A DNA stretch of 62,811 nt, filler included, from Sphacelaria rigidula (lineage: Eukaryota): the NCBI GenBank assembly GCA_964200075.2. It is 10 parts of 10 records of this genome, joined end to end, with 100 filler letters (N's around TTAATTAATTAA, not from the genome) between each part and the next. Parts side by side here need not be neighbours in the genome. Positions count along the whole stretch, not along the records: positions 12,584 to 18,774 come from CAXNAA020021620.1; positions 18,875 to 25,065 come from CAXNAA020021621.1; positions 25,166 to 31,356 come from CAXNAA020021622.1; 7 more parts are not named here. One strand, given 5' to 3'. This document shows, piece after piece, positions 14,085 to 27,361 of this stretch. The notes beneath the pieces are model-generated. The model saw nothing but the letters and a program-made list of their open reading frames with translations. It ran no database searches and was not told where the DNA came from. Each line of letters opens with the position of its first letter. Position 1 is the stretch's first letter. Position numbers and translations under genes: made by a program.

Positions 14085-14835
14085 AAGTTTTCACACGTCG
14101 GACGAGCACAAGCATGAATCGTGTCTCGCACTCGTTGGGCTGCTTGTATTAAAAAAAAAGTAATAGGGTGAGTACTCGAGTCATTGCTTGTGGTGAAAAA
14201 AATGAACAGGGCGAGTACTCGAGTCGTTGCGCGTGGTGAAAGAAAAACCACACATCAGAGTGTTCATTACTTGGCGAAACGAGTGCACTCGTGGATGTTT
14301 TTTTTCAACACAACGAATAAGCCTCGTGTGCTCGAGTCAAGATTTTATTCTTCAGCGAGCAACGACTCGAGTACTCATCGTCGGATTGCTGACTACTCCA
14401 CTCAAGTCGTTCATCATGAGCAATGACTCGAGTGCTCGCCCTATTACTTATTCCACAACGAGCAATGACTCGAGTACTTCGCCCTATTATTTTTTACCGC
14501 CAACGAGCAGCCCAACGATTGCGAGTGTCACGAGTCATACTTGTGCTCGCCCGGCGTGTTGAAACTATAGAGCGAGTACTTGAGTCATCGCTCGTAGTGT
14601 CAAAAGTTAATACGGCGAGTACTCGAGTCGTTCCTCGTGGCAGAGAAAACTCATAGGTCTAGCACTCTAGTCATTGTTCGTGGCGGAAAGAATCATGACT
14701 CCAGCATACGAGTCATCGATCTTGGTGAAGACTAATGAATAACTCGAGCACACGAGTCGTGCTCGTAGTGGTGTCGAGAAACATCAACGAGTGTACTCGT
14801 TGCGACGAGAAATGACTCGTCCGACGTGTGCAAAT
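14085..14835. mobile_element. TIR element filled with ACTCGAGT (CTCGAG) units
   Basis: Left arm 14085-14148 (TTTCACACGTCGGACGAGCACAAG) is inverted at 14502-14566 and again at 14815-14835; the interior has many GACTCGAGTACTC variants. Confidence 0.68.
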
Positions 14836-17285
14836 TTTCGCCGACAAAATGTTTGCACAGCATACGCAACTACTGCAGTGCATCCATCCTGGTGCTCAAC
14901 TCCTGCTTTATGCTGCAGGGTTGCGACCGTAGCTAACGATGAATGGTGTGTACTAGTTTGCATGATCATTTCAACGGATGGTATGTGGTGTGGTGGTCTA
15001 TGTGTTACGGGCCGAGCGCCTCTTGGTGCTTTTCACCCGTATGTCTGTTGTTAGGAAGAGGTGAGCTTGATTGTTTTTCACTTCTTCTCCGCTCGCCACT
15101 AAGGCCGTGTCTTAGTATATCATTTTTCTATCGAAAACGTGCGATAGAAAACAGAAACTCCGATGAAATAGGTCGTAATTTGAACCGGTTTCTACATAAA
15201 TTACGATGGCTGAATAGCAGAGACGGTATTGGAAGGACGAGCCTACGTCTGTGACCACGGGTTCGAGAAATCGGACAAATGTGCGGAAACGAAAATTTAA
15301 TATAAAATAGCTGAAATTACGGCTTATAAAATCGGAGTGTTCCTGTTCCACCGTACATTTTCCATATAAAAATGAAATGCGAAGGCACGCCATAATGATG
15401 ACACAAGCGTTGATGCCAACTACGAGCAGAATGCGGTTGACAAATGCAATGGCAATTATTTTTTCCGCTGCATTGTTTCGAGCGACATAAAGATATACGA
15501 AGATTTGTCATCTATGGGAGGGTGCTGACGTCGAAATATGATGTTTCACTGCTGGTACACACCACCCCCCTTTGCTTGCTTTGGCGCGAACCCGCGATGG
15601 GCAGGAATCGCTGAACCAAACCTGATTGGCCCCTCTGTACCTCTCCATACATAAGACTCGTCCCCCAGTTGAGACGAACGCCTATTCCGTGGCGACAGAA
15701 AAGGTGAACACCAATCGCTTAGCGGTGTTCACTGACCGCGGAAGGAACAAGTACGAAAGGAACAGGTGCGGTAGGTACTGATATATTGAACTACCGGGGT
15801 ATCGTGGGTATCGTAGGTATGACACTTGAAAATACCCGATTGAGTCGGTATAGGTACGTAGGGTATGAGATGTCCGAAATACCAGTACGGGGTACCTGCC
15901 TTACCCTCTATGCCGATCTCAAGACCGTCATCCGGCAGTGCGGAGAAGCGTTTGAGATCCCTGTGCAAGTTTGGAAGTCAAATTATAGATGTACCCGAGG
16001 TGGGCAGCGCCACCCCCCCGCGCACACTACGCACAACGCTGACCTGCAGACCTCAAAGTACATAAAATCCCATCACGACCACCAGCTGGATTGTTGCAAT
16101 CGGCTGACAGGGCGAGACACCCAATCCATGGATCGATCATGAGTACTGCGTGGTGATTTTCGTGGTTATTGATGAGGGTGCAGAGACGAGAGCACTCTGA
16201 GGATAGAGCAGTGGTGAGGGCAAATTTAAACCTTAATGGGCAGATTTTCATTTCGGGGGGGGAGCGCTGTAAATTGTGGCACTGAGGAATTGCAGTAGTA
16301 CGTAAGAGGAGGTGCAGTAGTGCGCAGGACCAGTGTTTGCCTCTCCATGTGTTTGTACTTTCTCATGTAGAGCACCCGGCAATGGCGCAGTAAAAACAGT
16401 ATATATACATATATATATATATATGTGTGAATACCTGCCTAGCACTCTAGTCATTGTTACGGGCCGAGCGCCTCTTGGTGCTTTTCTCATCCAACTCCAG
16501 TCGGACGGCGGTAGTTTTTGGCACTGTGTGTAGCAGGCGCGTTTCTCGTCCGCTACGAAGTCGTTTGCACCGTGCGATGGCTTGAACGATGACTACGGAC
16601 TGTGTTAGTGCATTGCAGCTGCTGTGGAGTCAATGCAAGGCGCCTGAGACTGATGGTGGGACAAGCGCGAACAGGCATTCCACTCGCTGGAGGCCCATCC
16701 TCCTCCAGTCGGGCGGCGGTATTTTTTGGCACTACTGTGCAGCGTTTCTCGTCCGCTACGAGGCCGTTTGCACCTTGCGATGGCTGCGGATTGTGTGAGC
16801 GTATTCCGAGTGTTGTGGTGTCGATGTAAGGTACATGAGACGAACGCGGGCAAGTAGTCGAATCGTAGCTGGACTTGGACATAGCTGTTTTCAAGTCACG
16901 ACTCGAATATGAGTTATATCCAAGTCGCGACTTGAAAATAGCATTATTACTCGTACTATAGTAGCCGGCAATCCAGCAGCAACTCGTACAACACACGAGA
17001 ACACAGAATAATCGTGGTCATCCCAACCATGCTTCCGTATACCGACGACCACAGCGATGGTACTTGGAAAGGTAGGTTTCTTTGAACGGACATATTTTTA
17101 GCAACACATTCGCCTCTGAGAGCAATGCCACCTCATCATGATGTCGGGAGTCGCGGAAATTACACACCCAAGCTACACAAGTTAGCTGTAAATTCAAAAT
17201 ATTATGCTCCAGTACTCCCTGATGGATGAACATATCGCAACGTGTTAATCCTAAAAACACTATGTTGTATCTTGACAAGAACAAA

Positions 17286-17773
17286 CACTACATTCGTGAG
17301 ATTCAGAGTGTAGTTTCAGATTTACAGTCAGAATTTCAAACGGAGGAACTGTTTTCTTTGTGGTCAATTCTGATGCGAAACAGTTTGCGTCACTAATCAA
17401 CCAACCCGAGTAATGACCGTACGTGTTTTCACAGATCGACAATGTTGGTTGATTATTGACGCGAACTGTTTCGCATAAGAATTGACCACAAAAAAAACAG
17501 TTCTTCCGTTTGAAATCCTGACTCTGAATCTGAAATTACACTCTGAATCTCACGACTATAAGGCATACCACATTCATTTGGGGAGAATCCGAGAAAAGTG
17601 TACAAGATCAACCGAAATTGGAGGCTGTGAAAACACGCACGTTCATTACTTGGGTTGGTTGATCAGTGACGCAAACCGTTTTGCATGAGAATTGACCACA
17701 AAGAAAACAGTTCTTCCGTTTAAAATCCTGACTCTGAATCTGAAACTACACTCTGAATCTCACGAATATATTG
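17286..17773. mobile_element. Foldback element with about 145-bp TIRs starting CACTA (CACTA-like), plus an internal extra right arm at 17443-17556
   Basis: CACTACATTCGTGAGATTCAGAGTGTAG...CTACACTCTGAATCTCACGAATATATTG; an intact right end CTCACGAATGTAGTG occurs at about 25310-25325. No clear target duplication. Confidence 0.68.
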
Positions 17774-18562
17774 TTAACAGCGATGCTACGAGCAAAATCA
17801 GCTTTGCTAGAACGGCCTTATTCTTGGCAATCGTTATTATTTGATAATGATGTCTCCATCCTACTGGACAGAGAGTTTTACGCTCAAACCTTGGCTCAAA
17901 CGACAAAAGGTTAATGAAATAAGGAAGGAAGGGTGAGCTACCAACACCACCTCCCCCGCCAGTGGCCATCGAAGCAGCGAGTCAGAAGTCGGCGCAGACC
18001 ATTGTAATCGAATTTACTTACGCTCCAGGATTGTAACTGTACATCTGCCTGGATGTAAGGGAAATGGATACTGAGATTTGTGACGGTAAACCGTCATCCT
18101 GCGATAGGGGGGGGGGTATTTGGTTTCACAAAAAAGGAGGCTTATAAGTGTGTCAGACGACCTGCCACACTCGCGGTGCGCGTGGATTTGATCCGAAACG
18201 ATGTGAATGAGCGTCACGTATCTATAAAAAGCTAGTTCGAACAACCGTTGCTGCTTTTAACGACGATTTGACCTGGAATCTCGTGCAACAAATGGCCCAA
18301 AATACCCCCCCCCCCCCACCCCTCCACAAGATCCCGCACATCCTCCTATTAACGATTAAGACAATAACAAAAAAAAGCAACAACTCACAATCTANNNNNN
18401 NNNNGCTGCTTTTAACGACGGTTTGACCTGGAATCTCGTGCACCAAATGGCCCAAAATCCCCCCCCCCCCCCTATCGTACCCCCCCTCACCTCTAGACTC
18501 TTGGGTTGGCGTCGAGTGGCAACGGCGCTGTAAAACAAGCCACCAAAACCTAGACAAATGTA

Positions 18563-18774
18563 CAGACTGTAACGAAATAGAAAAGCTAACTAACCTCCTT
18601 CTTATTTAATCTACTATAACACTGCCCGGACCTAGACAGGAAATAGAGAAGCTAACCCTCCTTTTTATTTAACCTACCGTAACACACAGCCCGGACCTAG
18701 ACAGGAAATAGAGAAGGTAACCCCCCTTTTTACTTACCCTACCAGAACACAGCCCGGACATAGACATGGAATAC
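18563..18774 (+). repeat. About 63-bp minisatellite, 3+ copies
   Basis: GCCCGGACCTAGACAGGAAATAGAGAAG.TAACCC...TTTT unit repeated up to the contig end. Confidence 0.85.
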
Positions 18775-19599
18775 NNNNNNNNNNNNNNNNNNNNNNNNNN
18801 NNNNNNNNNNNNNNNNNNTTAATTAATTAANNNNNNNNNNNNNNNNNNNNNNNNNNNNNNNNNNNNNNNNNNNNGTTCCTTCTGTAACTCATTACGTTTC
18901 TTCCATGCATTACACAAGAACCTCTTACATATCTTATCTCCGTCCGCAGGGGGGGGGGAGGGGAAAGCTGAATCTCTTCCACTTTTTCTTCTTTGGTCTA
19001 GATAAGACTCAGAATCACTGTCGCCCTTGGACCGTGTCTCTGCGTATAATTTTTCGATTAAAACAGTGCGGTGGGAAAGAAGAATTCCGATCTGATGAGC
19101 CGTGATTTCAGCTATCGTCAACATAAACTGCGATAGTTGAAATCACGACCTGTCAGATACGAGCTAATTCGATTCCACCGCACATTTTCGGCACTTGTAT
19201 GCTCAAATGGCTTCAAGTTCAGTTTATTATTATTTGCACACGACGGGCAGGGTGACAAACAGGAGAGCTCACAGGCTGCGTCTTATCGAGACCCAATAAA
19301 AGAAGCGTGACAGAGGACAATCGTTGAAAAGCAGTATTTTGATTAGTCGCCGTAACCATGGACCCGCCCGGCGGTCGATCAACATGCCGCCTTGAACGCT
19401 TGATCCCCTTCGCGCTTTTTTTTGGTGTCGAAAAGACACGGCCTCGCGCTTTCCGATGGAAAACACGCGGCTGAAAGAACCAAGAGGCACTTGACTCCCA
19501 TCTTGAAGACCACCACGCTGGATGCCACCCCTATACAGAACGATGCAAACCTCACACATTTTTTTCAAAAATCCAACGCAAGCCGCAGCGTAGACGACG

Positions 19600-20150
19600 A
19601 GTTGAACACAAGATACATACTCTACAGTGACAGGGAACCGGCACTATGACCCTCCAGGCATGATGTTTTCATCTTTTGCAGGCGGAAACTTGAGCATGTT
19701 CTTTTGTTGTAGGGATCAGGGACGGAACCTCGCGGTAGGGTGGGCGACCAACTTGAAAACACGCTGATGGGCAGTACAAGCAGTATATAACTACACGTCT
19801 ATCTGTCTGTATTGCACATTGCCCACTTCCTCACATCCTGCTGTACGAAATACACACGCTGCCTGTTTTTAAGTACAACTGAACAAGTACCGCTTCACGA
19901 ATTCCACCGCCTTTTTTTCGTCAAGAGCGCGCAAATTCGCTCGGATCCAAGCGCAGTCAAACAACAACTTCAATTCCGCAGCACCAATTTGTTCGACATA
20001 ATTTCTTCACGGCCTTCGTGCTGCAAGCCGGTCAGTATCAGCACCTTTTTTGCTACGTCAATATCCCACATCGCTATTATTCCGTCATTTTCCACGCTGG
20101 GACATATGCAAGTTTGTGCGACACGTGGAACTAGTCGGAGACTTTTGACT
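19600..20150 (-). pseudogene. Possible decayed WD40-repeat gene fragments
   Basis: Minus-strand translations NDGIIAMWDIDVAKKVLILTG and CLEGHSAGSLSL resemble WD40 DG.I..WD and L.GH motifs; interrupted by stops. Confidence 0.3.
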
Positions 20151-21109
20151 GGTTGCCAACCGCGTGCCAATCCCCTCCCTCCCCTCCCTCCTCTCCTTGC
20201 CTACGTTATTCGCCTCGCAAACGCCGTCGCGCTGGCCCCCTGGAATGAACATCGGACGTTTTTTCAGAATAATTTATTCGCAGCAACGATACACCGTGGA
20301 AGAGTCGAGCCTCTGCTGTCCATGGAATCTGAGCCGGTGCCCATCCCAACACCTCAGGAGACGGGCAGGACTTACGTGGAGGAGGTCAGTTCCAACCCCT
20401 TGCAGGCGCCCTTCATGTTGATCGGCCGGAGTAGTTGACCGTGAACAAAGACCCGCCAGTCATCGGTGGGAGTACACCTTGTGCCTGCTGTTGCTGGTTC
20501 GAAACGTTGTACTCGTCTTGACAAATAACTTTCATATGGACGACCTCATCCCTCCCGACCCCCCTGAAACTTTTTTGGGGGATTTTCAGCCCTCCGTTCC
20601 CCTAAATGTTATGTGCAGAAGTACATCTTTGCCTCGATTTCGCGGTGAAGAAAATAATGCTTTTTGGCCCTCAAATCGTGCTCTCTCGCACATGCCCTTG
20701 GGGGAAACGAAAGGCTTGAAACCCTCCGGAATAGCTTTGGTGAGGTCGGGGGGGGGGGATAAGGTCCACAGGAAAGTCAGTCGTCATGACTTGAGATCAG
20801 GGAAAGCACTGTCCTGGAGTTGAACCTCATTTTTATGTTCAACTCTATTTCTCAGGATCTTCAGTTACTCAAGTTTTAGTGTTTGGCGCTGGGCTGGCGG
20901 TAACCCTAGCCCTACAGTACATGCATTGGGCAGTTCTTGCCTGGCGTTCTCTATTTCGCGAAATTGGCAACTGTGGACACAGCGTGATTGTCCAGGGAGC
21001 GCTGCAGGAACTTCCGTCTGCGCCCTTTCCTTGTGTGTTGAAGAAACACGAAAATAAACGCTCTGCACAAAGAAGTCTCCATAATCGGGGACCGGGCTGC
21101 GCTTTGACT

Positions 21110-21460
21110 CGTCATTCAACTTTGGTAGCCTCGAAACCTTCAGACGGTTGGGTCGAGGGTTCGAGTCTCGGTGCCCCCACACGGACTGGGATTTTTTCTC
21201 ACACCATGCCCAACAGTGGAGAGCGACCATGTCGTGGGTGCACAAAATTGGACTTCACGGTCGCCGAGGGAACGAGATCGCTGAACCCGTCTCGCGATAA
21301 AAGTAAGGCAAGCACCGCAGAAGGAAGGTGGAGAACTAAAATAACAGACAAAAAAAATCCTGTGTTGGCCTTCCTCCTGTGTGACCCCGGCTGACGCGCC
21401 CACATATACCGAAAGGCGTAGACTAGCGTCCAGAACGGATCGGATGACAATACATCCACA
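21110..21460 (+). mobile_element. tRNA-derived SINE, family 1
   Basis: B-box GGTTCGAGTC near 21157, then a 300-nt body (AACAGTGGAGA..ACCATGTCGTGGGT.CACAAAATT...GCGCCCACATATAC.GAAAGG.GTAG.CT.GCGTCCAGA) shared with 28785-29137 and, inverted, 7550-7745. Confidence 0.75.
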
Positions 21461-24400
21461 CTAAAATTTTGGCTTCCCCGCCCCTTCCCCCCCCCCCCCC
21501 TTCACACACACACGCGAACGCACGCGCGTTTTTGCTCCTGTGCTAGGTTGGTTGGGGCACGCTTTTAAAGTGCGCCCACCTCTACCCCGAAGATGGCGGC
21601 TACAGTCCATCCCCGGATAAGATTATCACTGCCAGCACCATAGCCGGCCGGGCCACCAGCCAAAGAGCGGATGACAAGCCATCTTCACCCATGCTGACAC
21701 CTAAGACTAAAGTACCCACACCCATGCAGCTACCGGGCCCATCACCCGGATACAACTCGTCGGTATTCCGATACCCGCTACCGCAGTCACCGCCGACGGA
21801 TGGGGGTACTCCTCGATGGGTAACCAGTCGCCCTGGGTTGGCATCAGGCAAGTTTGGTGGTATTAGTACAATAGTTCTCCTTGTTGTCGTGATAGCAGCA
21901 GCGGCAGTTGTAGTGGTTCTAGTAGTTGAAACGGACATGCAATGTCTGTGCGAGAAGGAGTGCATGATCGCCCGATGAGTCTCATGCTTGGGTTCGCCGG
22001 CTTTTTGCTCCTGCTCTGCCGCCGGCGCTTGTGCGATCCCGCTTTAAGTGATGGTGGGGAAATAAATGGTCGCTGTACATGATGAAAGCAATGGTTGCAC
22101 AGTATGAGTCAAAATGAACAAGTTGCTGCGTGGTATGATTCGTGTGATGAAGAGAATCTCATGCTTAATGTTGACATCAATGTGCTTTGCCCCCCACCCC
22201 CTCCCAGGTAGGGGAACTACGAGTGTCGTTCGAATTGGGCGGTCCTTCCGAGGAGGCATGACCTGTTGTTCTCCGGATCGTGAAACGGTTTGCGAGCAGC
22301 AACGAACCGGTCCTGCATATTCGGGAGCAGGAGAGGGAACGGCGTCGCAAGAAGCGGAAGGCGGAGGAGACCCGGTTCCAGCCCTAGATTACGACGAATA
22401 CATAGATGATGAGCTCTTCCTAGATGATGACGGTACTACACAGTTCGACTCGGACGGTACTATACAGTTCAACTCGGACGGTTCCACCGCCGATGACATG
22501 GAGTCCTCCCTCATTTTTGAGTTGGAGATGTGAGGACCGGGGCGAATCGCACCGTGCAAGGCACGTACCTACCTTCTTTCGGTGGGACTGATGTGGGAGC
22601 GGTGTACCAGACGTTCCTTTGTCTGGTCCAGGGCGAGCGCTGAGGGACGGACCGACCTGATAACAGGAGAAGGGGGGAGGAGGTGTGTGCAGCGAGTAAC
22701 AGGAGGAGGGGGGGTGGGGTGTGTGCAGCGAGCTACCAGGCTACTCCCGTTTGCCTTGTTGACCGTGACCATGGGACGTGATGTTTGCCACTGGGGTACT
22801 TGCTGCGGGAGTATGAGAAGGCTGTGCAATACGAGGGTGCTGGAAGACCTCGTTGCAGCGAAGTGACGAGAATGTATATATAACTGTATAGCCGAACGAC
22901 CAATATGCTATAATGTTATATATGCATTCTCGTGCCTTTTTGTGATTGAAGTGGTGTTCGTTATCTCGAAGAACAGAATGAAGATGAGGAGGACAAGAAA
23001 AAATGTGTGCAAGAACGACAAAAAAACAGTAACAACGTCGTTCCGTTGCTTCGTTTCTAGATTTTATTTCTTCTTTTTTTTCGTTCGTCGCGTTTTTTTT
23101 TCTCTTTTTTTTTCCCCTCTCTTAGCAGTTTATTTTTTAGTCGTCAGTATTTGGTTTCTTGTATTTGACTTTAATGCCGTGGAGCCGGGAGCAATCGTAT
23201 AACTTAAGGAAATGGATTGAAGGGGTCGGATCTGGGGATAACACGGGGAGGGAGAGAACGAGGCTTGGTGTTACTAATAAAGGTACGGATTATGCACGGA
23301 TTGTGAACTCGTTCAAAACAGAGAAAGCGGGGCGGGGTGGGGCGGTACTTGTGTATCTGCACGCCAACATATTCACGATTATTCTGGTTTGTAACGCGAT
23401 ATCTTAAGAAGTTTTTTTTCGTGTAGATGTGGGTTTCTGGGTGTTCGAATGTGGTGACGGGGCCGACATACCTTTGTCTCCGTGCGGCGCTGCACCTGCA
23501 GCCGATAAGGACGTGGAGGGAAAGCGCTTGGGGGATGTACGAGGCACAACGGGCCGGAGAAACGTCGGTCCAATCTCACATGCACATAAAGCGGTGGGTC
23601 GCGGGCCCTGCATGGCCGCACACGATACGGGTATTATACAATTACTTGGATATTAGTACAGCGAATCGGACTTGTAGAACAAGTGATGTTAACCGCACTA
23701 TGGCGGGGACACCGCACTTTAGAAGACTGCACTTTGGTGGGACCCTCTCTGCTGTATCAAATCATCGATGGCAGGGCGCACTCAGCGTTGCGGACTGGGA
23801 ATAGACGGGACGAGGCGGTGGGAGAGAGGCGTCAGTGGCTCCAAAGGTGTTCTTCATGACGCACCCTGCCGGGTGTGCTATGCGCCGGTCCCCCCCCCCC
23901 CCCCCCCCCCCGGGGGCGGGGGTGTGGGGGGTTTTTCGTTTTTGTTGGGGGTGGGGGGGGGGGTGGTTTGTTGGGGGGGTGGGGGGGNNNNNNNNNNGGG
24001 GGGGGGGGGGGGGTGGGGTCCCAAAGGTGTTTTTTCTGCCCCCCCCCCCCGGGGGGGGTTTGCCCCGGGCCCCCCCCCCCCCCCCCCTCTCCCGGGCTGC
24101 GGTTGTGAGGCATGTATCGTTTCGTTGTGTGCTGTGAGGAGTGGTTCGATTAGTCGGAGGTTGGGGGGGAGCGGGTGGAGTTCTCTCGAGGTCGTTTTGG
24201 CTTATGAAGATTCGGCCGACCGCCTGCATGGTGACGGCATCCGCTCGTCATTCGGGAAGTAGGGGCGGGACGAGGGAGGAGAAACAGAAGGTGGAGAGTC
24301 GGCAGGCGTGTTCCGCGGTCATTTACCGGTCTCTCGTTGACCGCTGCGAACGTTTCATCGTCTTTCTCGACTTCGGGGTAGTAAGTATGCTTCAGCGTGT

Positions 24401-25000
24401 TTTGTTTTAGACAGCGGTACTTTTTCTTTACACTACAACTATAAAGGTATCTATCTATACATACGTATATATGCACATTCGCACGTGGTTGTACAAAGAT
24501 ATGAATGCTTTTTTTTTTTTTCCTTCGGGAGTTGGAACAAAAAATTGCGTCTTTCACGGTCTCATGATGGGTGATGTGTTCTTTTTGTGGGGTGTGTGTG
24601 CGTGTGGTCGAGCGAGAGCTGGGCGAGAGTTTTTTTTTCCTCTTGCTTGAAAGAGGGGAAGGGAAGATTCTGATGATGATGTAAACGTCAACGTTGTAAG
24701 GTGGCGAGTGCTCTGTTGAGATGGTTGCTGTGGCCGCACTCGATTTGTATGTCACGTGCATATTACCGTGTGTAATAGTTTTGTTCCGTGCAGTTTTATG
24801 TGCATGTGTACAATCTCGTGTTTTCTTCGTGCATAGATTTTTTGTCTTGGACTTTCAGGGATTTGGACACGGGCAAGTGTTTCGTAGAACGTGCAGGATG
24901 TTAGTGAAGTGCAGTGTGAGTGTGTGTGTGTGTGTGTTCTCGCTCTTCGATGTGTGTCTTCGTGTCTTGTATCCGTGTGTGCTTTTGTCGAAGGCTCGAC

Positions 25001-25044
<44 letters not shown>

Positions 25045-26635
25045 ACCACCGCCGCAGGCACAACANNNNNNNNNNNNNNNNNNNNNNNNNNNNNNNNNNN
25101 NNNNNNNNNTTAATTAATTAANNNNNNNNNNNNNNNNNNNNNNNNNNNNNNNNNNNNNNNNNNNNAAATTGATCGTGTAGGTGGCAGCTTTCATTAAGGC
25201 CACCGCTTCACCAGTTGGGCGCATTACTCCTCGAACTGTGGCGATGTCAAAATCGACGGGAAAGTCGATTGTTTCGGGTCTCACTCCGAATCCGATGTTA
25301 CACTGTGAATCTCACGAATGTAGTGTGAACAGTACACTACAGCCGCACGCGCCGCTTACAGCACGTATCCCCCCCCCCCCCCCCCTCACCCAATACCCCC
25401 TATTCGTCGTCACTTTTCCAAATAAGTCGCAGGTGGTGTTAAGCGTTCTCTCTTCAATAAAAAAAAATCAATACAGCAAGGGGTCACGATACATACATAT
25501 TTCTACACCCACGTACCCACTTTCTCCTTTTGGACCTCTCAGCCTCTCCAGGGCGGGGCGGGGGGGGGGGGGTAGGGTACCATTGTAGACCACCATCCTA
25601 TCCCCCCTCCCCCACACGCTATACAAAATCCTATATAAACCAATCCCATACTAAACCCAACACGGAATGAGGCGGCGTCGGAGGAGGCGAGGGGGTACAG
25701 CATATGATCCTTTGAGCTAGAAAAGTGCATCCCCTACCGTAGCATCACTCACGTACCCCCCCTGATACATTGGTGTAGAAAACTAAACAAGAAGTAACAT
25801 TAGAGTAACATTTTTTTGATTTATAGAAATAAATCAAATAAAAAGGAAAACTATAACATAGAATAAATGAATTGAATAAAACAAATACAACAAGGCCCAC
25901 TCTGATATGCCTTTTTGAGGGTGACGACGTTCACCACGGTTGTATCAGGCCATCACGGTAATGCACGGTAAATTCTGGATCGTTTCACTGAACACCCTGG
26001 TACTCATCGGTACAGGAACCAGCCCCCGTCGTAATGCGCGGTAATTCGTGGATGACAACAGGCCACCCTGGTACGCATATTGGAGCCAGCCACCACCCGA
26101 TCTTGATGGTGTCTTCGTGTCTATTCCTTCAGTTTGTGGCAACCTACGGCCTTAGCTTATGCCTACAGACATCCGAACAGCACGAAATCGTACGTGAACC
26201 CAAGGGGGGCCTGGTGTTTTCAAAACTCAGATAGATGCAAGCTTGGCCTACTATTATACTGAACACAGCTAGACTGGAGCAAGTATTTATTTTAGCACGT
26301 GTTTGATGAGAGGTCACGTGTAACAACGTTTTCGCGAGACTGAGAGTGAGAATCGGTCAATTAGTGAGTGAATTGTTTCAGTTCCGAAATGCCCCTCCAC
26401 GAGGCCCAAAATACTCTCCATTGTAGTAGCTTGCCAATAAAGCCCTTGATATCCCTGGGTAGGATATCGACGTGTAGTTGTAAGCACACGCCAGTGATGA
26501 GCAAATGAAAGCGCAGACGGAATGAGAAATTGGCTAAGTTAAAGCGAATGATCAAAGCCACTCTCAATCAGCGCTCTACTCTCAAATCTCTCGAAAACGG
26601 TTGTTTTGTGCAGCGAACACACGAATTATACAGAC

Positions 26636-27045
26636 GATCCTGAGAAATGGGGTTGAACATACAAATTAGGCTCAACTCCAACACAGTCCGTTCCCTGCGT
26701 TGAAGACACAGTAGATGACTTTCACATGGACGACGTCATACCCCTCGACCTTTCTAACACTATTTTTGGAGGTTTCCCGCCTTCCGTCCCCCCAAAGGGT
26801 TGCGCGAAATCATGATTTTCGGGCTAAAATGCGTTCCTCTTGCCACCCCGAAATCGAGGCAAAATTGTGTTTTTGCAAATACCCTTTGGGGGAACAGAAG
26901 ATGGGGGACCCCCCAAAATAGTTTCAGGGAGGTCGGGCGGTATGAGATCGTCGATATGAAAGTCGTTTGTCAGGACTTGGTCAGGGAAAGCACTGTTTTC
27001 GAGTCGAAATTCATTATTATACTCAAACCCATTCCTCAGGATTCT
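26636..27045. mobile_element. About 410-bp palindromic (foldback) MITE family; copies at about 1810-2220, 20515-20862 (partial), 44717-45138
   Basis: Ends GATCCTGAGAAATGGGGTTGA / TCAAACCCATTCCTCAGGATT; internal arms CAGT.C.TTCCCTG...TTTCA.ATGGACGA versus TCGTC.ATATGAAAGT...CAGGGAAAGCACTG recur in four contigs. Confidence 0.78.
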
Positions 27046-27277
27046 CAGGATCCTTGGTTATTGGGGGGGGAAACGAGGGGGGGAATGTAAACGGCGGAAT
27101 AAAAATATGTAGTTTTTCGGCCCTCCAGGAGAGGGGGGGGGGGGGGGGTTCCGGCATGATTTATTATGGAAGGAATGAGTTTGGCATGTGAACAGCGCAT
27201 GACGCTTGCGAGGGGTACGGAGCCCCGGGGATCACTGATGTGTCATGCCGGGACGGACCACACAGCATATAATCCTT

Positions 27278-27361
27278 TGTCCAGGAAGCGAACGCTTTAT
27301 ACCCATTGAACAAGTGAGCGCTCACTAGTTCAATGGGGGTAAAGCGTTTGCTTCCTGAACA
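27278..27361. other. 84-nt near-perfect hairpin
   Basis: CAGGAAGCGAACGCTTTATACCCATTGAACAAGTGAGC|GCTCACTAGTTCAATGGGGGTAAAGCGTTTGCTTCCTG: 34/38 Watson-Crick pairs in the core, and two of the four differences are G-U compatible on the + strand. Confidence 0.8.

Noticed and set aside
21540..22930. LTR retroelement derivative with an acidic ORF
   Set aside because: No paired LTRs, primer-binding site or gag/pol motif could be identified.
23830..24110. Gly/Pro-rich ORFs and duplication around a 10-N gap (similar cases at 18245-18470, 12105-12290, 40815-40985)
   Set aside because: Poly-G/C tracts with degraded duplicated flanks, typical of sequencing or assembly artefacts.
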